Below are positions 39,519-53,844 of a stretch of 64,000 nucleotides of DNA, in pieces; position 1 is the stretch's first letter, and each line of letters begins with the position of its first letter. The position numbers and the translations under genes are program-made. This DNA comes from Phoronis australis (taxonomy: Eukaryota > Animalia > Phoronida): assembly GCA_002633005.1 (NCBI GenBank), contig NMRA01001045.1, positions 620 through 64,619 of the forward strand, read 5' to 3'. The notes under the pieces were generated by a model. The model was not told the DNA's origin and ran no database searches. It worked only from the letters and a program-made list of their open reading frames with translations.

Positions 39519-41245
39519 TTTAGTTCGAGTAGTTCTACTCAATAACGTGGCTACGTTGCGTCCTCCTCTCGAGGACTTCATCAGGCCACTGAGTTGTCAC
39601 GTGACTGGTCATGTGATCCGTCGTACAGTTTCCGCGGGATTCACTTCAGTGTCCTATCCCATGTCCTAGGTAAGTGAAACTGCAGCACCTCTTGTCTATT
39701 GAGAATAGGATTCTCAATTCTCTCGTAGATAGCTTCTTTGACCCCTCTCCGAAACCAATTCTCTTCTCTATCCAGGATCTTCACATCTTCCATGGCGAAA
39801 GAGTGGTCTGTGGAAGCCATGTGACTAAAAACTGCAGAATCATAGCAGTCCCCATAACTGGACATCCGAAGCTGGTTGAAACGACTTTTCAGGGTTTGTT
39901 TGGTTTCCCCAATATATGCTGCTCCACACCCCGGTTCCGAGCATGAAATGCCATACACCACATTTGATGTTTTCTCTTTGATGGTTTTGTCTTTCACATT
40001 TAACAATTGACTCCTTATGGTGTTAACAGGTTTGAATACAACAGCAACGTCGTGTCCCCTCATATGTGATTTGATCTGGTCAGCGATCCCTGGCACAAAA
40101 GGCAATGTTACCCTGATGTTTCACCTATTGTCAGGTGGCGTGTTCTGAGGCCTGACTCTGTCATGGTTTGCCATGTGGAATGACCACTTCGGGGGGTAGC
40201 CACATCTTTTCAGCACTGTTCGGTTGTGTTCTATTTCAAAATCAATGTCCTCTTCTGTGTTGGGGATGGTTCTTGCTCGATAGTCCAACGTTCTAATCAC
40301 GCCTACATGTAGTTTGTGAATCAACGGGTGATTGGAGTCAAACGGAAGATAGTAGCCCGTGTGAGTGGGCTTCCTAAAAACCTTGGTCTTGATACGCTTT
40401 GTCTGTAACAGTCACTAAACAATCAAGGAACGGTAAAGAGTTGTCTCTAGATTCCTCTTGAGTAAACTTGATATTGATATCACATTGATTGATGTGTTCG
40501 AAGAACCCTATCTCTTCAGAATTTTGAGCACTACAAAATTGTCATCTACATACCTCAGCAAGAGTCTAGGTGGAACTCCATCAGAGGATGTTAACGCATT
40601 TCTCTCAAAGTTCTCCATGTATAAGTTCACCACAATCGGGGAAACAGGAGAGCCCATGGCACATCCATTGGACTGGATGTAGATGTTCCCGTCAAAAGAG
40701 AAGTAAGTGGACTTGAGAGTTAGCTCAGTAGCTGGCAAATGTTGTCTATCGATAGGGTTGTTCTGTCACTCAGAGTGTTATCCTGCTGTAGGTGTTCTCT
40801 CACAACCGTCAAGGCGTCATCGTGGGGTACACATGTAAACAGGGCACTTAAATCATAGGAAGTAATGCTCTCATCTTCTTCCACCACTAGATTTTCTATG
40901 TGCCTAATGAATGACTGGGTGTTCTTTACATGGTGTCGTGACAGGCCAACGAGGGGCGAGATGATTCTCGAGATAAATTTACCGATGTTGTGAGTGAACG
41001 AACCAATGCAGCTTACGATCGGTCGAACCGGTATGGGTTCCGGTTTATGAATTTTGGGCAACCCATAGAAAGCTGGGACCGTGGGCTCTGTTGGCGGTGA
41101 TAATCGAAATTTCTCAGTGTCACTGATCACCTGTCGTTTATGCAGATCACTTACCAAACTCAAGGGTGGGGTTGTAGTTGATCTTTTTGTACATGTATGT
41201 GTGGGCGTCTTTCAGTAGATCATAACATTTCTCCTCGTAATCACA
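39519..41245 (-). mobile_element. Penelope-like retroelement (RT plus GIY-YIG endonuclease), 5'-truncated and frameshifted
   Basis: FYGLPKIHK..RPIVS, SYDLSALFT, GCAMGSPVSP, RYVDD and NVVYGISC..AYIGET..EAIY are present. Confidence 0.92.
39547..39589 (-). ncRNA. Minimal type I hammerhead ribozyme motif with a core mutation
   Basis: The minus strand reads GTGGC CTGATGA A GTCCTC GAGAG GAGGAC GCAAC GTA GCCAC: stem I, CUGAUGA, stem II, GAAA changed to GCAA, minimal stem III. It sits at the PLE 3' end, where such motifs are known. Confidence 0.75.
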
Positions 41246-44200
41246 CTTACATGTATTCATCTTACCATAGGATATAAAATCGAGTTATTGTTTCACAACG
41301 GCTTCCAGTCAGCAAACACTCAATTAGCGTGCGCTCACACGGCCTCCTTCCCCGGTGTATTGCTTCTAAAGTGATTTATTCATTGCAGGCTTCTCAAAAT
41401 ATGTGCACTCACGAACACTCCAAGGCACTACAAATTGTATCGAACGAGACAGACTTTGTTTCAGTTTTATATAAGAATAATTCATTTTGAAACAGAACGC
41501 AAAATAAGAAACGTCAACGGCGCAACTCGCAATCCTGACTTAGACGAGTACTCATCCGACGTAGACTTCACAGGTCTATCGTAAGGTTTCAGTTCGAACC
41601 GGAATACACTGATAAAGAAATAATAGAGAGGCTCCGTGAACGTGTGCAGACTACGGAACACATGGATAGTTCCGAAAAGAGTGAATGACTTCGCAAGTGA
41701 AACGCCTTCTTATAAATGCGCAGATGTGTCTCACGGATCGTTCTGATTTTGCACCGCATAACTATAAACAGAGGTGTGCTTTCGACGTTTTTGGGCTGAG
41801 AAAAAGAACTGGTGAAAACATCCTACTCCCAGAGGACCAAACAGAAGCCTCACTAACGAGTCAGTCATCAAACAGGTTATGTAAAACGTTATGTTCACAA
41901 GCCTTGAATTATTGTACTTGTTTATGTTTTCATGGCCAAATACAGTTCTCAAAACCTGAACAACAACCGATACGACGAATTGCAGGCCACTGACAGACAC
42001 GGAAAAAATTTCACGGTCTCATACTGGATATTAACGACGTACTTTTCATTCTTCACTACTGCGAGCCACTTCCGAAAGATTATGGGCTCTCAAGAAAATC
42101 GTAAAAACGATATAACCGCTTTCCTTGCAGCTTCATAGTTCACACAAGCGGAAACGATACTCAACAACATAGCGCCACTCACTCTGCAGAAGAACCGCTG
42201 ACGTCGCTGAGTCGTTTATCATCTTCCTCACAGGTTTACGCGACACCTCTCGAGGAAGTGAGATGGAACGTATACGAGGTGGATATAGACCGAATTAAGT
42301 ATCAGTCCACCGACCCACCGACCACAATACAACCAGCAAGCGGCAAGGTGGGGGGTCAACCAATGAGAACCTTGTTCAGTCTAATAAATGGCATTACAGA
42401 TGCGAGAAATTGGGTGAAGTAGGACACCACAGAGTTTGGTGGTTTAGGGGATACAAGGGAAGTCTTCTGGGGGGCAAATGAGTCAATTTCTTGATGCGAA
42501 ATGAGTCATTTTTTACTATATTTTCTACTGCAGTTTCTGCTTCAAACAGATTTTTTTCTGAATAATTTTGATATCACATGATAGGTTCATGACCAATGTA
42601 AGCCAAAAAGGCATCAACACTAAAATATCGGTTGCCATGTTAACACTGGAACTGTTTCCGTGGAGGTACTTGCTATGCTTGTTAAAAACCAGCAGTAAGT
42701 CAAACCCTGATACCCTGAAAATAATAACACGGACATGTAGAAGAGGTTAATATGATATGTCCTTGAAATTAATACAAAGAAAGCTTTGTCAGACCTTCAG
42801 ACAGGCTTGGTAATAGGTATCTGAATTTAACTATTTTTCGACCGCCCACATGTGTATTTGTCGTATTGAACCAGTCACTGGTTGTGCGCCGTTTCTACGC
42901 ATTAAATGCCGTGGTATAATACATGTACAACAATTAAACGAATTGGCTTGCTTAAATGTTTGTAATTAATAATAAGGAAACAGTTCCCATTAACATATGA
43001 AATTATACTAGATTTGTTCATCCAACTCTCTGAATACGAAACCAAAGCATACATTATGCGTTAGTTGAATGATGGCTGATCTGAAGTGCAGATTTGCGAA
43101 TTTATCTATTTATGTGGCACTGCAAGTCGCATCAGTTGGAGTATTTTTACAAATTACCGAGAAAAACGACTTTTAAAACTCTTGGGAAATGCAAAAGGAA
43201 TATAGCGAGACACTTGAGATCTTTAAAAGTGAGGGGACGTGAAGGAGGTGGAACGTGTCCTCCTGAGAAGTAGTCTGTCTGCCTCGGGGGCAGGTGTGCA
43301 GCTGGAGCTACATGTAGATTATCTAACGTAGTAGATTCACTTGCCCGAATCATCGTTATGACCTTTGACATATTTTGGCGTCGCTAAAGACATTGAGTAC
43401 ATCCACTGTACACAAGAGGGGAAATCCCACAGAGGTCTGAAAAATTACCTAAGACGTCAGTCAACGTCCTGCGTCATGCGAGCTCAGGTAGGAATCACCA
43501 AACTCCGGGGTCAGACCCTGACGAATATTTTAGGAGCACATCATTCATGCAAAAAATATTTATATTGACGCACCGTGATTGCTTTTAACTTGGACCTTAT
43601 TGCTTAATCATATATTATTTCAATTGTCTTGAAATATATGCAGTGTATGTATACAACTACATAGAAAATAGGCAGGTATCATAACTTTTTTTTCAAAAAA
43701 TTACACTGATATTAAGTTGTGACTTTGCAACTAGTGAAGCTTACAAAGTTGGTTAGGCTAAAGAATGGAACGGAACTCAAAAAGTGGAGCTGATATTTGC
43801 CTAATGTGCAGTTCACAATTTTGCTCAATCACTCATCGCTGAAGTAGAAGGCAAAGTCGCACATCAAAATGCACCCTACCAAAATTGGAATAAAATGACA
43901 GGAATTTTAACATGACCCATACGTCCCCCAAATTATCCAGTTGACTTTAGGCCCTGAAGGGAAAATTGATCTGTTAACCACGTAAAGGATTCCGGTGTTG
44001 TTTCATGCATGCTGTAGTTGCATTAGAGTTAAATTCCTGTTTACCTCATATGATTGCTAAAAAGCTGTGTATTTCTGAGTTTTAGGGTACACTAACAAAA
44101 CTAATCAGTGACTGTTGTGAGGGTTTCACAATATTTATTGAAGATATTGAACCTATGGTTTCCATATCATACTTGTGCATGAAAGATAGTGTATGCTTTC

Positions 44201-47200
44201 TATGCAATGGCTTACAACACCATTACACAAGTCAGATGTTTGTTTGGAAATATGTTATGTTGAAATGGTTAACGTTTTGTGCTCATCGTGAACGTTGGCT
44301 CACGTGAAGTGCAGAATGGTATTGCTCAACTCGGGGGGTCATGTCAGCTGCCATCTACTGCTCTGTGTTATAAACAACCAGAATGGTAGTGAACTAAGTT
44401 GGGGAGATCTTGTACGGTTGTATTGGGGATTTTAGGTGGTTTTGCTAGAAATTGCATTGCAAATACATAAACAATGGCTGTTACTCGAGCACATCTGAGT
44501 AACCACCTCTATTAAGGCGCTCTTGTTTTTATTTTGTTGATCCCTATAGACTATGAGTATGAACATGCAACAAATATATTTCCAATGCAGATGACAGAAT
44601 ATAACTACAAATATTCAGGAATTTGCAGAAGCTGCCAGACAAATCAGGCGGACTTAATGGAATTTCGGAGTGGGTCAAAAGAAAGCGAGTTAGATTTGGA
44701 GCCCCTGGATACTACAGTAATAGAAAGTACTTGTTAAAATCTGTTACGAAATTCGTAATTGCCTAAAATCGGTCAATTGTTTTATTTTTCGATGTTATGA
44801 AGAGAAATGTAAAGCACAACTCATGTATTTCACAATGAATGCTGACACATAGGTAGTGCGGATAATTTAAATCGGTCTCAATATTTTCTACATGTAATGT
44901 GCCATCATTCTTCTTTTATACCTTGGTCCTACTGTCAGGTACATAGAAATTCATTTAGTAAATTTTTATAGTCAAATCTGAATGACTTATTTGTGATGCC
45001 TTCCCTTTAGCTTGGTATTCATGTTTTCTGAGCCGAAATGGCCACATTAATTTTTTTTTTCATTAATGCAATTTAAGGAATCACGAAAGGCTTATGCTGA
45101 AGAAGTGGATTCTGCTGAAGTTGGAAACCTGCTGATTATTAGTAAAGGTTGGGTATGGAAAAGTTCAAAAACCAGCAAGAAGGTACATTTCTGGACAACT
45201 AAGTGAGGGGGCTAGAGAGATGCCGAAAAGTCTTCTCCCAGAAGATGTGAGAAACGAGTCGGGGAAAAGGTATTTGCCACACCAGGCCCAAAGTAATTTG
45301 TTGAGATAGGTCACTCTCAGTAACTGTGGAGAAACTGGGACAATTGGATGTAGGAGATATGACAGAGGAAGTAGAGTATGCATTGGAAAGCGGCAATCTG
45401 TGCTTTAAGATTGTCAAGAATGTAGCATTATAAAAATTCAAAGGGAGGAAACAGCACAGTGGCTGGACCTGTAAATACTCTGGCGGATCAGCTAAATCCA
45501 GTGGTGGTATTACTTTGTCAGCACAACCGTGTAGGTTTGTGTATTGTTGCAAGCTTTGTTTGCACCAGAACTGCTGTGTGAATAGGATAAATCTAAATTT
45601 ACCTACATTGAACTTTTGTCCAGCCACCGATCATGATTTTGGGCCAGTGGACTATCTTGGTACAGCCACGTGGTAATGGGTACATTATTCTTTTTGTTTA
45701 GCCACTGGATTTTTTAGTCTGATACGATTTCTCAGTGTGGCCAACACATTTGGACGTTTGTTTTGTGATTTCTGACCATTGTACTGTTTCTTTCCTTGAA
45801 ATTGTAAAATTGATCTGAATTTGTGTTTTTGCATTTTATTTGCCATTATAGATTTTTGTTTGTACATGTAACTGAGTATTTATTACTGACATTTTAGCCC
45901 ATGTTGCAGTTAGGCTCGTTGTAAACCCAAATTCCGTCCAGGAGGTAAAGTTTTAATTTAGATCATTTACCTCTATAAACTTTTCTCAATCTGTTCCTTA
46001 TGCAGATGTGAAGTGATTTCTTGAATTGCAGCGAATTGACACTTTGCTATTCCTCGAGACCATACTGTGTGCATAAAATCACACACTCTGAAACAAGCCA
46101 CCTGATAGAGCCTAGTCTCTACCAAATCCATATTGCCAGTTCTTTCGAAATTCTGAAATTGTTCAAAAGTGACCAGGAAATAATACCTATTTTATGATGG
46201 TAAGTTGTCTAAATCAAAAGTTGTTTTATGTGAAAATAGGCGGGTTTATGTACACTTCAAATGAGATTTTTGTTGCAGTACTGAAAAGTGTTGGCACATT
46301 AGCTCTGGTAACTCCTTGGTTTTTGGTGAATTGACCATTTTATGGTTCCCCTGAGTAATTTTATAACTGGTCTAGTTGGTATGTACAGCTGTAATCGCAA
46401 GGCAATTGTAATGCACACCATGATGCAAAAGTATTTTTCATGAGTTTGTGAAGAAGAAGAAATTTACAGTGTTGCCAGTGACATTGCGAAATCCCTTTTT
46501 CGCAGTGAGACAACATCACCTTAAATGTAATTCCCTGACTTTATGGGTTTTGTGCGGTTGACTCTGTCCTGTAGCAATTGGAGTGTTGAAAAGATGTAGA
46601 AGGCATTTTTATTAGTGTCATAACATTTGCACTTTCGATTGTACAGTTATCTTTGCATTGTATTATGAAAACATATTTTGTAGTATACAAGCAAGGAGTG
46701 TACTAGTACAGGAGAGTTCACTCCGCCAGTTTACCATTCACCACAATGGTTACGGTCGAAACACTACCGCCCCAAGCGGTAAATAATCAATACTTAGTTA
46801 GGAGCGCACTCCAAACAATGTAAACACTTAATAATTCAAACTTTAATAACATTCAACGTGCAATAAAATTACTGTGTGATTGAAAATAGTTAGATTACAC
46901 AAACTAACATCCACTTCCAATCGAATGAGAAAGAAAGTGTGAAAGTTAATCAATATTAAAGTGTATTTCTTTTTATTCTCTAGAAGCTTCTTTCAAAATC
47001 CATCATGGTTCTGTTTCATGTTTGAGTTCTTAACAAGGCAATTATCGTTCCTTATAACAGTTCATACCTCCATGGACTATATAATTTGAATGATTTCTTC
47101 TGGGGGTTCAGAGGGTATTTCCCCCAGGTGCCAGCTAAGGGGGTACCTGAAACAAAAAACAGGTGGGCGCCAAATGGGTGTTGGCCCCCTCTCAGGGGGT

Positions 47201-48329
47201 TACATGAGAGGAGTGCTTAACAGGTAAAAACCAATGGGTATGTATGCCACATGGGTGTTGAGCCCCTCTCATTGTCACACATTTTGGTTGCTCCCCTGAC
47301 CATTGACAAACATGGTGCTCCCAATTCACTGCTGGTTTTATCTCCACCCAACAATTTCGCATGTGTTCCCTATTCAATGCACCAGGCTACTAGCAATGCA
47401 GACAATTGTTTTGAGCAGTTGGTGTTACACAAGTGAGAAGAAGAAAGCAAGACAATTCATCAATTCCACAAAATCGTAATACAATTTTAGAACATTCCAT
47501 TATTTCTTAGACATGCCAGTATATGGTAAACTCAATCCCACTTTCCCACTCACTAACAGTTACAAGTCAGTTGCTAATCTGTAGAATAGCTCACAACTTA
47601 CAACACGTTGTAACATTGAATATATCAGAACTCAAAACTGGTCAAAGTTCAAAATGACATGACAAAAATTAGAGGTACTGAACAGCAATCAAAATATTCG
47701 CTACCCACGTAGGTTCATACAAAACTGAATTAAGAAGACTTGGATGATAAAACCAAAATTTTATTTTATATACCCAATGTTCCTATTATCAATAACAGTA
47801 AATATTTCAGGTAAGTTAAAGCCATACCACAAGATCGTATCTGATACCTAGCCACAACTGCAGCTTAAATTAATCACAATCTCCAAAAACGTACAAAATA
47901 GGCAACACATACATGTACACCAACCAATACAACTAGAAAATCTGACCAACCTTGTCACTCTCTATTAATTCCCTAGTAAACAACAGCACTTTTCGCCAAA
48001 GAAATGCGTTATAAATAAAACTGAAAACTATTTTACTCGCAGAGGTGTTTGTCATCGAGAAGCAAAACGATACGGACAGCTTGCTTTTAACAAAATTTCA
48101 GCCCACCATTCAGACACTGAATAATCCATCAGTTTCGACTTTGGCTCTCTCCAAATCACAGGCTAACCATTCATAAAATGTTTCAATCTAATCAACCTTA
48201 GTAAAATACGAAAACCAGATTTTGACTAATTGTCCTTTCTACACGTGATGTTCCAGTACTTGCTTTGTGAGACGATAATCAGAAATGCAAAAAGTCTATT
48301 CCAGAGCTGTAACACAATTTCCGGAGAAC

Positions 48330-49889
48330 GTTTTGACCCTGACATCTTCATTTTTGGTGGGTTCGGGACATCAAATATTGTTCGGGCACTGCAGTCAATA
48401 CCAGCTTGTTATTTATTCATGAATATAGACTCCTTGAAGTGATAAAAGCATAACTTGCAGTTCTTGGACACATAGGCTGCTTCTCTATTCAGAAGGTCAG
48501 CTCCCAGTGCTTGCACCTGAACAGAAATCAATGACTGAGATACTCGGGAACAAATCTCATACTCACTAGGTTCACAGAAGACTGGTAGCCTACACTAAAG
48601 TACACTACACTACAGAATTCCTTTGTCGTACTGTTATTGTGATAGAGACAAAAGTGTCTTGGTGTCAACTGAAAAAACTTGAAGTCAAATGTCAATCCAC
48701 GGATATTTTAACAGGGCCGCGTTCCCGCATCATTGACATATAGAATTAAGTTTTCAATGACGCACTGCTTAAATTAATAGGTCAAACTGGCACATTAAAA
48801 TTATGTTGATTTTTTCACCTTTTCACCGAGACCCACAGATTCTCTAACTTGACTTATAACAGACTTGTGGCCCTGAGGCTGTGATTTTGCCATGGCCGTG
48901 TCACCAGTCATATTACCCATGGCCATGGGCAAGGGTATGTTTTACTAAAATTATCCCTCCTATCGTGCGGGTGACATTTTGATTTGGAATTAATGGATTG
49001 CAAGTATCTAAAATGCTGACGATCACATCGTACGTTAATCATAGTCCTTCCGCCGGTAGCCCGGCTGTACAGTAGACCCAGCCTACATCGCAGACAACAG
49101 TGGCGACGGGAATCGTCGGGACTGCGATCGACTTGTCTAACACCCGTGAACAGAACACACAAAATGAAAGACAATGAATCATATTATTGAATAACAGATA
49201 ATCCTTACCTTTCTGGATCCTTAGGAAACCTAAAAAATGACATGACTGGGGTTTTCGTGGATGAATTCANAATGTCAATCCACGGATATTTTAACAGGGC
49301 CGCGTTCCCGCATCATTGACATATAGAATTAAGTTTTCAATGACGCACTGCTTAAATTAATAGGTCAAACTGGCACATTAAAATTATGTTGATTTTTTCA
49401 CCTTTTCACCTAGACCCACAGATTCTCTAACTTGACTTATAACAGACTTGTGGCCCTGAGGCTGTGATTGTGCCATGGCCGTGTCACCAGTCATATTACC
49501 CATGGCCATGGGCAAAGGTATGTTTTACTAAAATTATCCCTCCTATCGTGCGGGTGACGTTTTGATTTGGAATTAATGGATTGCAAGTATCTAAAAAGCT
49601 GACGATCACATCGTACGTTAATCATAGTCCTTCCGCCGGTAGCCCGGCTGTACAGTAGACCCAGCCTACACCGCAGACAACAATGGCGACGGGACTCGTC
49701 GGGACTGCGATCGACTTGTCTAACACCGGTGAACAGAACACACAAAATGAAAGACAATGTATCATATTATTGAATAACAGATAATCCTTACATTTCTGGA
49801 TCCTTAGGAAACCTAAAAAATGACATGACTGGGGTTTTCGTGGATGAATTCATGCAATTTATCGCACTGCAAAATGCGTCCTTCCCCAT
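48330..49889 (-). pseudogene. Spliced THAP-domain transposase N-terminus (decayed)
   Basis: Exon 49889-49792 reads MGKDAFCSAINCMNSSTKTPVMSFFRFPKDPE|gtaagg. Exon 2 starts at 48516 (R)CKHW, then frameshifts to ADLLNRE..NCKLCFYHFKE..RTIFDVPNPP. Confidence 0.75.
48688..49852. repeat. Direct duplication (offset 583) across a single N at 49270, probably a haplotype or overlap artefact
   Basis: 48688-49269 is nearly identical to 49271-49852, with a few substitutions. Confidence 0.85.
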
Positions 49890-52087
49890 TGTTTTGGTGC
49901 TTCTTAGTTGACAGTTGCTTAGTCACCTCTTGGCGGCGCTAGTAGTAGCGGTAACAGCGAACTCACAAGGGAGCTGTCCTATTCTACTACACTCCTTGAT
50001 ACATGTACAAGTCTCTGGTTGGTGTTTTATATCTTTTCACAAGGAATATTTTCAACGTACATGTAGACGTGTTGTCTGTTAGGTGGACAACATTCAAAAG
50101 GAACAAAATTCTCAAACTTTACTTTTTAGATGTGTAATTACTTTTGAAAAACCAGTGCAGAATTTGATGTTTGCTCGTCAATTAAGAGAATAAATCCATA
50201 GTCTTCTTTGTCTAGAAATTTTACTCAAACTACGTAATACAGGGTTGGGAATTTATATCTTAAAACAATGGAATCTGAACCGTACCATGAGCAATACAAC
50301 ACAATACATGGATTAAAAAATTGGTGTTCAAGTTCCACGGAATAGATTCGTATGCGTGGTAAGATTTACTGAGGTGCATGATACGTTTTTGTGGATACTC
50401 TGGGATTCCCCTTCTGTGGTCATCCACGGGAAACGTGGTCGCTTAAGTTATCATTGTCATTGTTCCCGTTGTTATAATAAAGATAATGACGAGCATTTAT
50501 CGGAAACGGTCTGACTTACGCCCAATGTTCTATACCCATGCGACCTGTCATTGTTGTTATATCCAACAATGAAACAACAAAGAAAAACAATGATACGACC
50601 GATGGGCGGTGAACATGTGACGAGTTGCCATGGACAGTGGTGGAGTTTGTCTTGTCATCTGAATGTTTATAGATAACTCCAAACCCGGTGTTTCGTCTGC
50701 AAAATTTCTGCGGCCTTTTGTTTTAAGTCGTATGAAAAATTGTGGTTATGCCTGCCACTAAACTTATCATTCATTTGATATTACAATGCATTGCATTAAC
50801 ATTTGATCAACAGAAAATCTGACTCGAATACATGTAGGTGTGAAGAAATACCCATAATGAAGTTGGCAAGCATATCAATCGTAAATCAAAATAGCCTACT
50901 TTGTCGAGTCCTACCCTGTTGACTAGGGAGGAAGTACATGTAATCGGCTGTTTTGAAAAATGGAGCAAATGTATGGTATCTAGGAGTACTATAGTCCTAG
51001 GTGGTTAGTAGAAAAACATACAAAACTTCAGGAGGAACAAACTTATTGCAAAATATCGAAAAAACATTAAGGACAGTCTGATTTCACGTGCTCACGCAAC
51101 GGTCTCAGATATTTGAAAATTTCTCATTTTAGTACTTTTGAGGTGCCAAATTGTAGAACTAATAAACTAGCTAACAAAGTTTTTATTTTAGGCAATGAAA
51201 GTAACTTTTTCTGTCAACACTTTGGCCAAGTTTCATTCTCATAGCTGTGGGGGCAGATTTGGTATAGCAGTGTATTGAACATAACCTCAAAATGGAATGA
51301 CGAGGGGCAGTGTAGTAAAACTACAAAATGAGGGTGATAAATCGGAATCGTGTTTCAAGACATCTGTGTAACAATCTATAGGCACCACTAAACAATGCCA
51401 AGTCAATAATAAATCAATAGCTTTAATTCAAGGAAAAATATAAACAGTTAAACCTGGACAGTTTTTATAACGTAAAAACATGGCTGCGAAGCCGTAAAAT
51501 GAATTTGAGCCTATAACTTAAGAAAAACGCATTATATTGAGAAAATATTTTACCGATGTTTATAGATCCCATAGGACTACCTATGTGCCAAATTTGGTGA
51601 AAATCGGCTGACCCCCACCTTGCCGCTGGATGGCTGGTGCTCTCGTGGACAAGCACTTAAACCGGGTGGAATTCTCCTTTGAGAGCACCAAAGTATCTGC
51701 TTATCTTTCTCAACACATTGTGTGCGGAGTCTCTAACAGGTTGTCTTTGATGGTAAAACCAAGTAAATTGAATGAACTACCTCTTTCAATTTCTTAAAAT
51801 CCTTAATACATTTTGGGGGTTTATGGAAAACCATGTATTTTGATTTAGTAGCGGTTTAAGCCAGTCCATTTACATATAACAAACACTTGACTTAATTTCT
51901 CAAACTCGTCTCAAAAATACGTGACTCATTATCAGACAATGTGGTATGAATACCTTCAATAATAGTAGTATCATCAGCATAACATATGCTCGTTCATATA
52001 AATGGTAAATAATAACGGTCCCAGTATAGACCTCTGCGCGAAGTGTTACAAGTAGTAGGTATTATTGAGTTACCACTACGTTTGATT

Positions 52088-52740
52088 TTAAAGGTACATG
52101 TAAATGCGACCTGATTTAATTATTTTTGTTACCGTCCTATCCGTCTATATCCACATCACCTCATACACAGTCGATCTCACCTCGCCAAAAAGACGTCGCG
52201 TTAACCTCTGAGGAAGGTAAGTACACGGCGCAACGTCGTCAATGGTTCTTCAGCTGAGTGTGTGCCGCTATGATGTGGCGTATTGTTCCCACTTGTGCAA
52301 ACCATAAAGCTGTGAGGATTGCGGGTATATCGTTTTCTTCGATTTGCCCGAGAACCCAAAAAGCTTCAGATTTGATTTCCGGCAGTAAAGAACGAAAAGT
52401 ACGCCGTTAATACGAAGTATGCGGCCGTGAAATATCTCTCAGTGTATGTGGCCGGCATTGTTCTGTTTCAAAATTAATAATTCTCACCCAACCACCGTTT
52501 GTATAAAACTAAACTAAAGTGTCAAGGTCTTTTTTCAGGAGATAGAAATTGTAATGTCTTAGGAGTGTTCGTGAGTGCATTTTTTTAGAAATCAACAATG
52601 AGAAAATCCTACTGCGATACCAGCTTCATATGCAATAAAGCTAATTGCCCTCCGTGTGAACGCATGCTAATTCAGTGCTTGCCGACAGAAAGCTGTTGTG
52701 ATAAAATAAATCGATTTTACATGCTATGGTCAGATGTTAT
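52088..52740. mobile_element. Third copy of the Kolobok-like element
   Basis: The terminus ttaaagg[tacatgta]aatgcgacctgatttaatt matches 239-270, and the interior is homologous to the other copies. Confidence 0.6.
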
Positions 52741-53527
52741 AAATCTTTATTTAGATACATATACATTATTCAAATCATTGTTATTGGACAACTTTTCCGG
52801 TTGTGTGGAAGGGGACATGGTTTCGTGGCCCCCGATGAGTAAATAGATGTGCAATTAGGAGGCGAATTTACAAAAGTGTTCACGTGTACGTTATTTCTTG
52901 GTTCACCAGTCAAGTCTTTTCGTGACTGGAAGTATAGTTTTAAATTTTTGCAGCTGACTGACCCCGCTGGTTTATGTACGTAATGTCTCCAGGCCGTCCG
53001 CGACGGGCCTAATTGGGTTCCGAGCTATTGGGTTAAAACGAGCAGTTTGTGTCTAGAACTAAAAAAATTCGCAAGTCTAAAACAACAACGCACAGCTATG
53101 CTCTAATCTCTGTATTTCACGGAAGAATTATTTTATTTTATCACCGAACAGAGTCCAACTTCCCGCGACCGACCTCTGGAATTTGGCCTAGCGATTTTTG
53201 TGTCCTACGGTAAGTTCAAATTTTCTTTAAATCCGTAACAGCGAAAGAAAACAACTCATTTGTTTAAAAATCAAGGTATGTGTAAGGGCTTTACATTGAA
53301 ATTTGATTATTTATTGGTGTAAAACAATGAATTCAAGCGATAAGCTGACACCAGTAAGGTTCTTGTGAACTGCTGAGCAGACCGTTTAGAACCTGTGACG
53401 TCACTAGTTGACTTCAGAACCCCCGTCTACCGCCTGGTGTCGGGTAAAAGAGTTGAATTGCTGTTATCGAGTGGAACTACTCGATCTAAATTGATACAAA
53501 GTACATTATTTTTGGTGGAATTCTACT

Positions 53528-53844
53528 TTAGACAATGTAAACAAATCTAGTACACGTGTTAGTGCATTCTGAGTAAGTGACAATTTCGCACATATCACTT
53601 GCTTTACAATGGAGCAAACAAGCTGCCGTGTTGCGCGCATACTTAAAGTCTATCGGCCGAACGTTCTCGAAAGTCCTGTTTATAACCATGAAGTTATTCG
53701 CGAGTTTAGCGTACTTGCTGACCTGCGCGGGGTTCAAACAAACGTTGTCAACGATGAGCCTTGGTTGAAGAGCGGTGCAGTCCGTCACTACAGATGGCGA
53801 CGCCGTCGTACTGGTGACTTTCTGTTGCAAGGTTGTGGATTTTC
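53528..53844 (-). CDS. Gene B terminal exon: Thr/Ser-rich linker plus PAN/Apple-like domain
   Basis: tgacag|GA acceptor, 317 nt. Reads GKSTTLQQKVTSTTASPSVV...CLLHCKASDMCEIVTYSECTNTCTRFVYIV*, and is a paralogue of 9518-9834. Confidence 0.85.

Larger units (their letters stand above)
39476..42300. mobile_element. Kolobok-like element interrupted by the Penelope-like element
   Basis: The TTAA|AGGAGAATGCCACCC terminus is at 39476, and the sequence resumes at about 41250. Segment 41250-42300 is the inverse homologue of 52088-52740 and 239-660. Confidence 0.6.
46692..49998 (-). mobile_element. P-element-like DNA transposon with THAP exons (internally deleted)
   Basis: Left TIR caaggagtgtactagtacaggagag; the right TIR, reverse-complemented, reads caaggagtgtagtagaataggacag. 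The 7-bp TSD is ATACAAG, with the right copy interrupted by a TACATGTA footprint. Confidence 0.75.

Noticed and set aside
48908-49757. Two near-identical 88-aa ORFs suggesting a duplicated gene
   Set aside because: They lie in the intron of the THAP remnant, within a duplication across an N gap, and have no recognisable domain.
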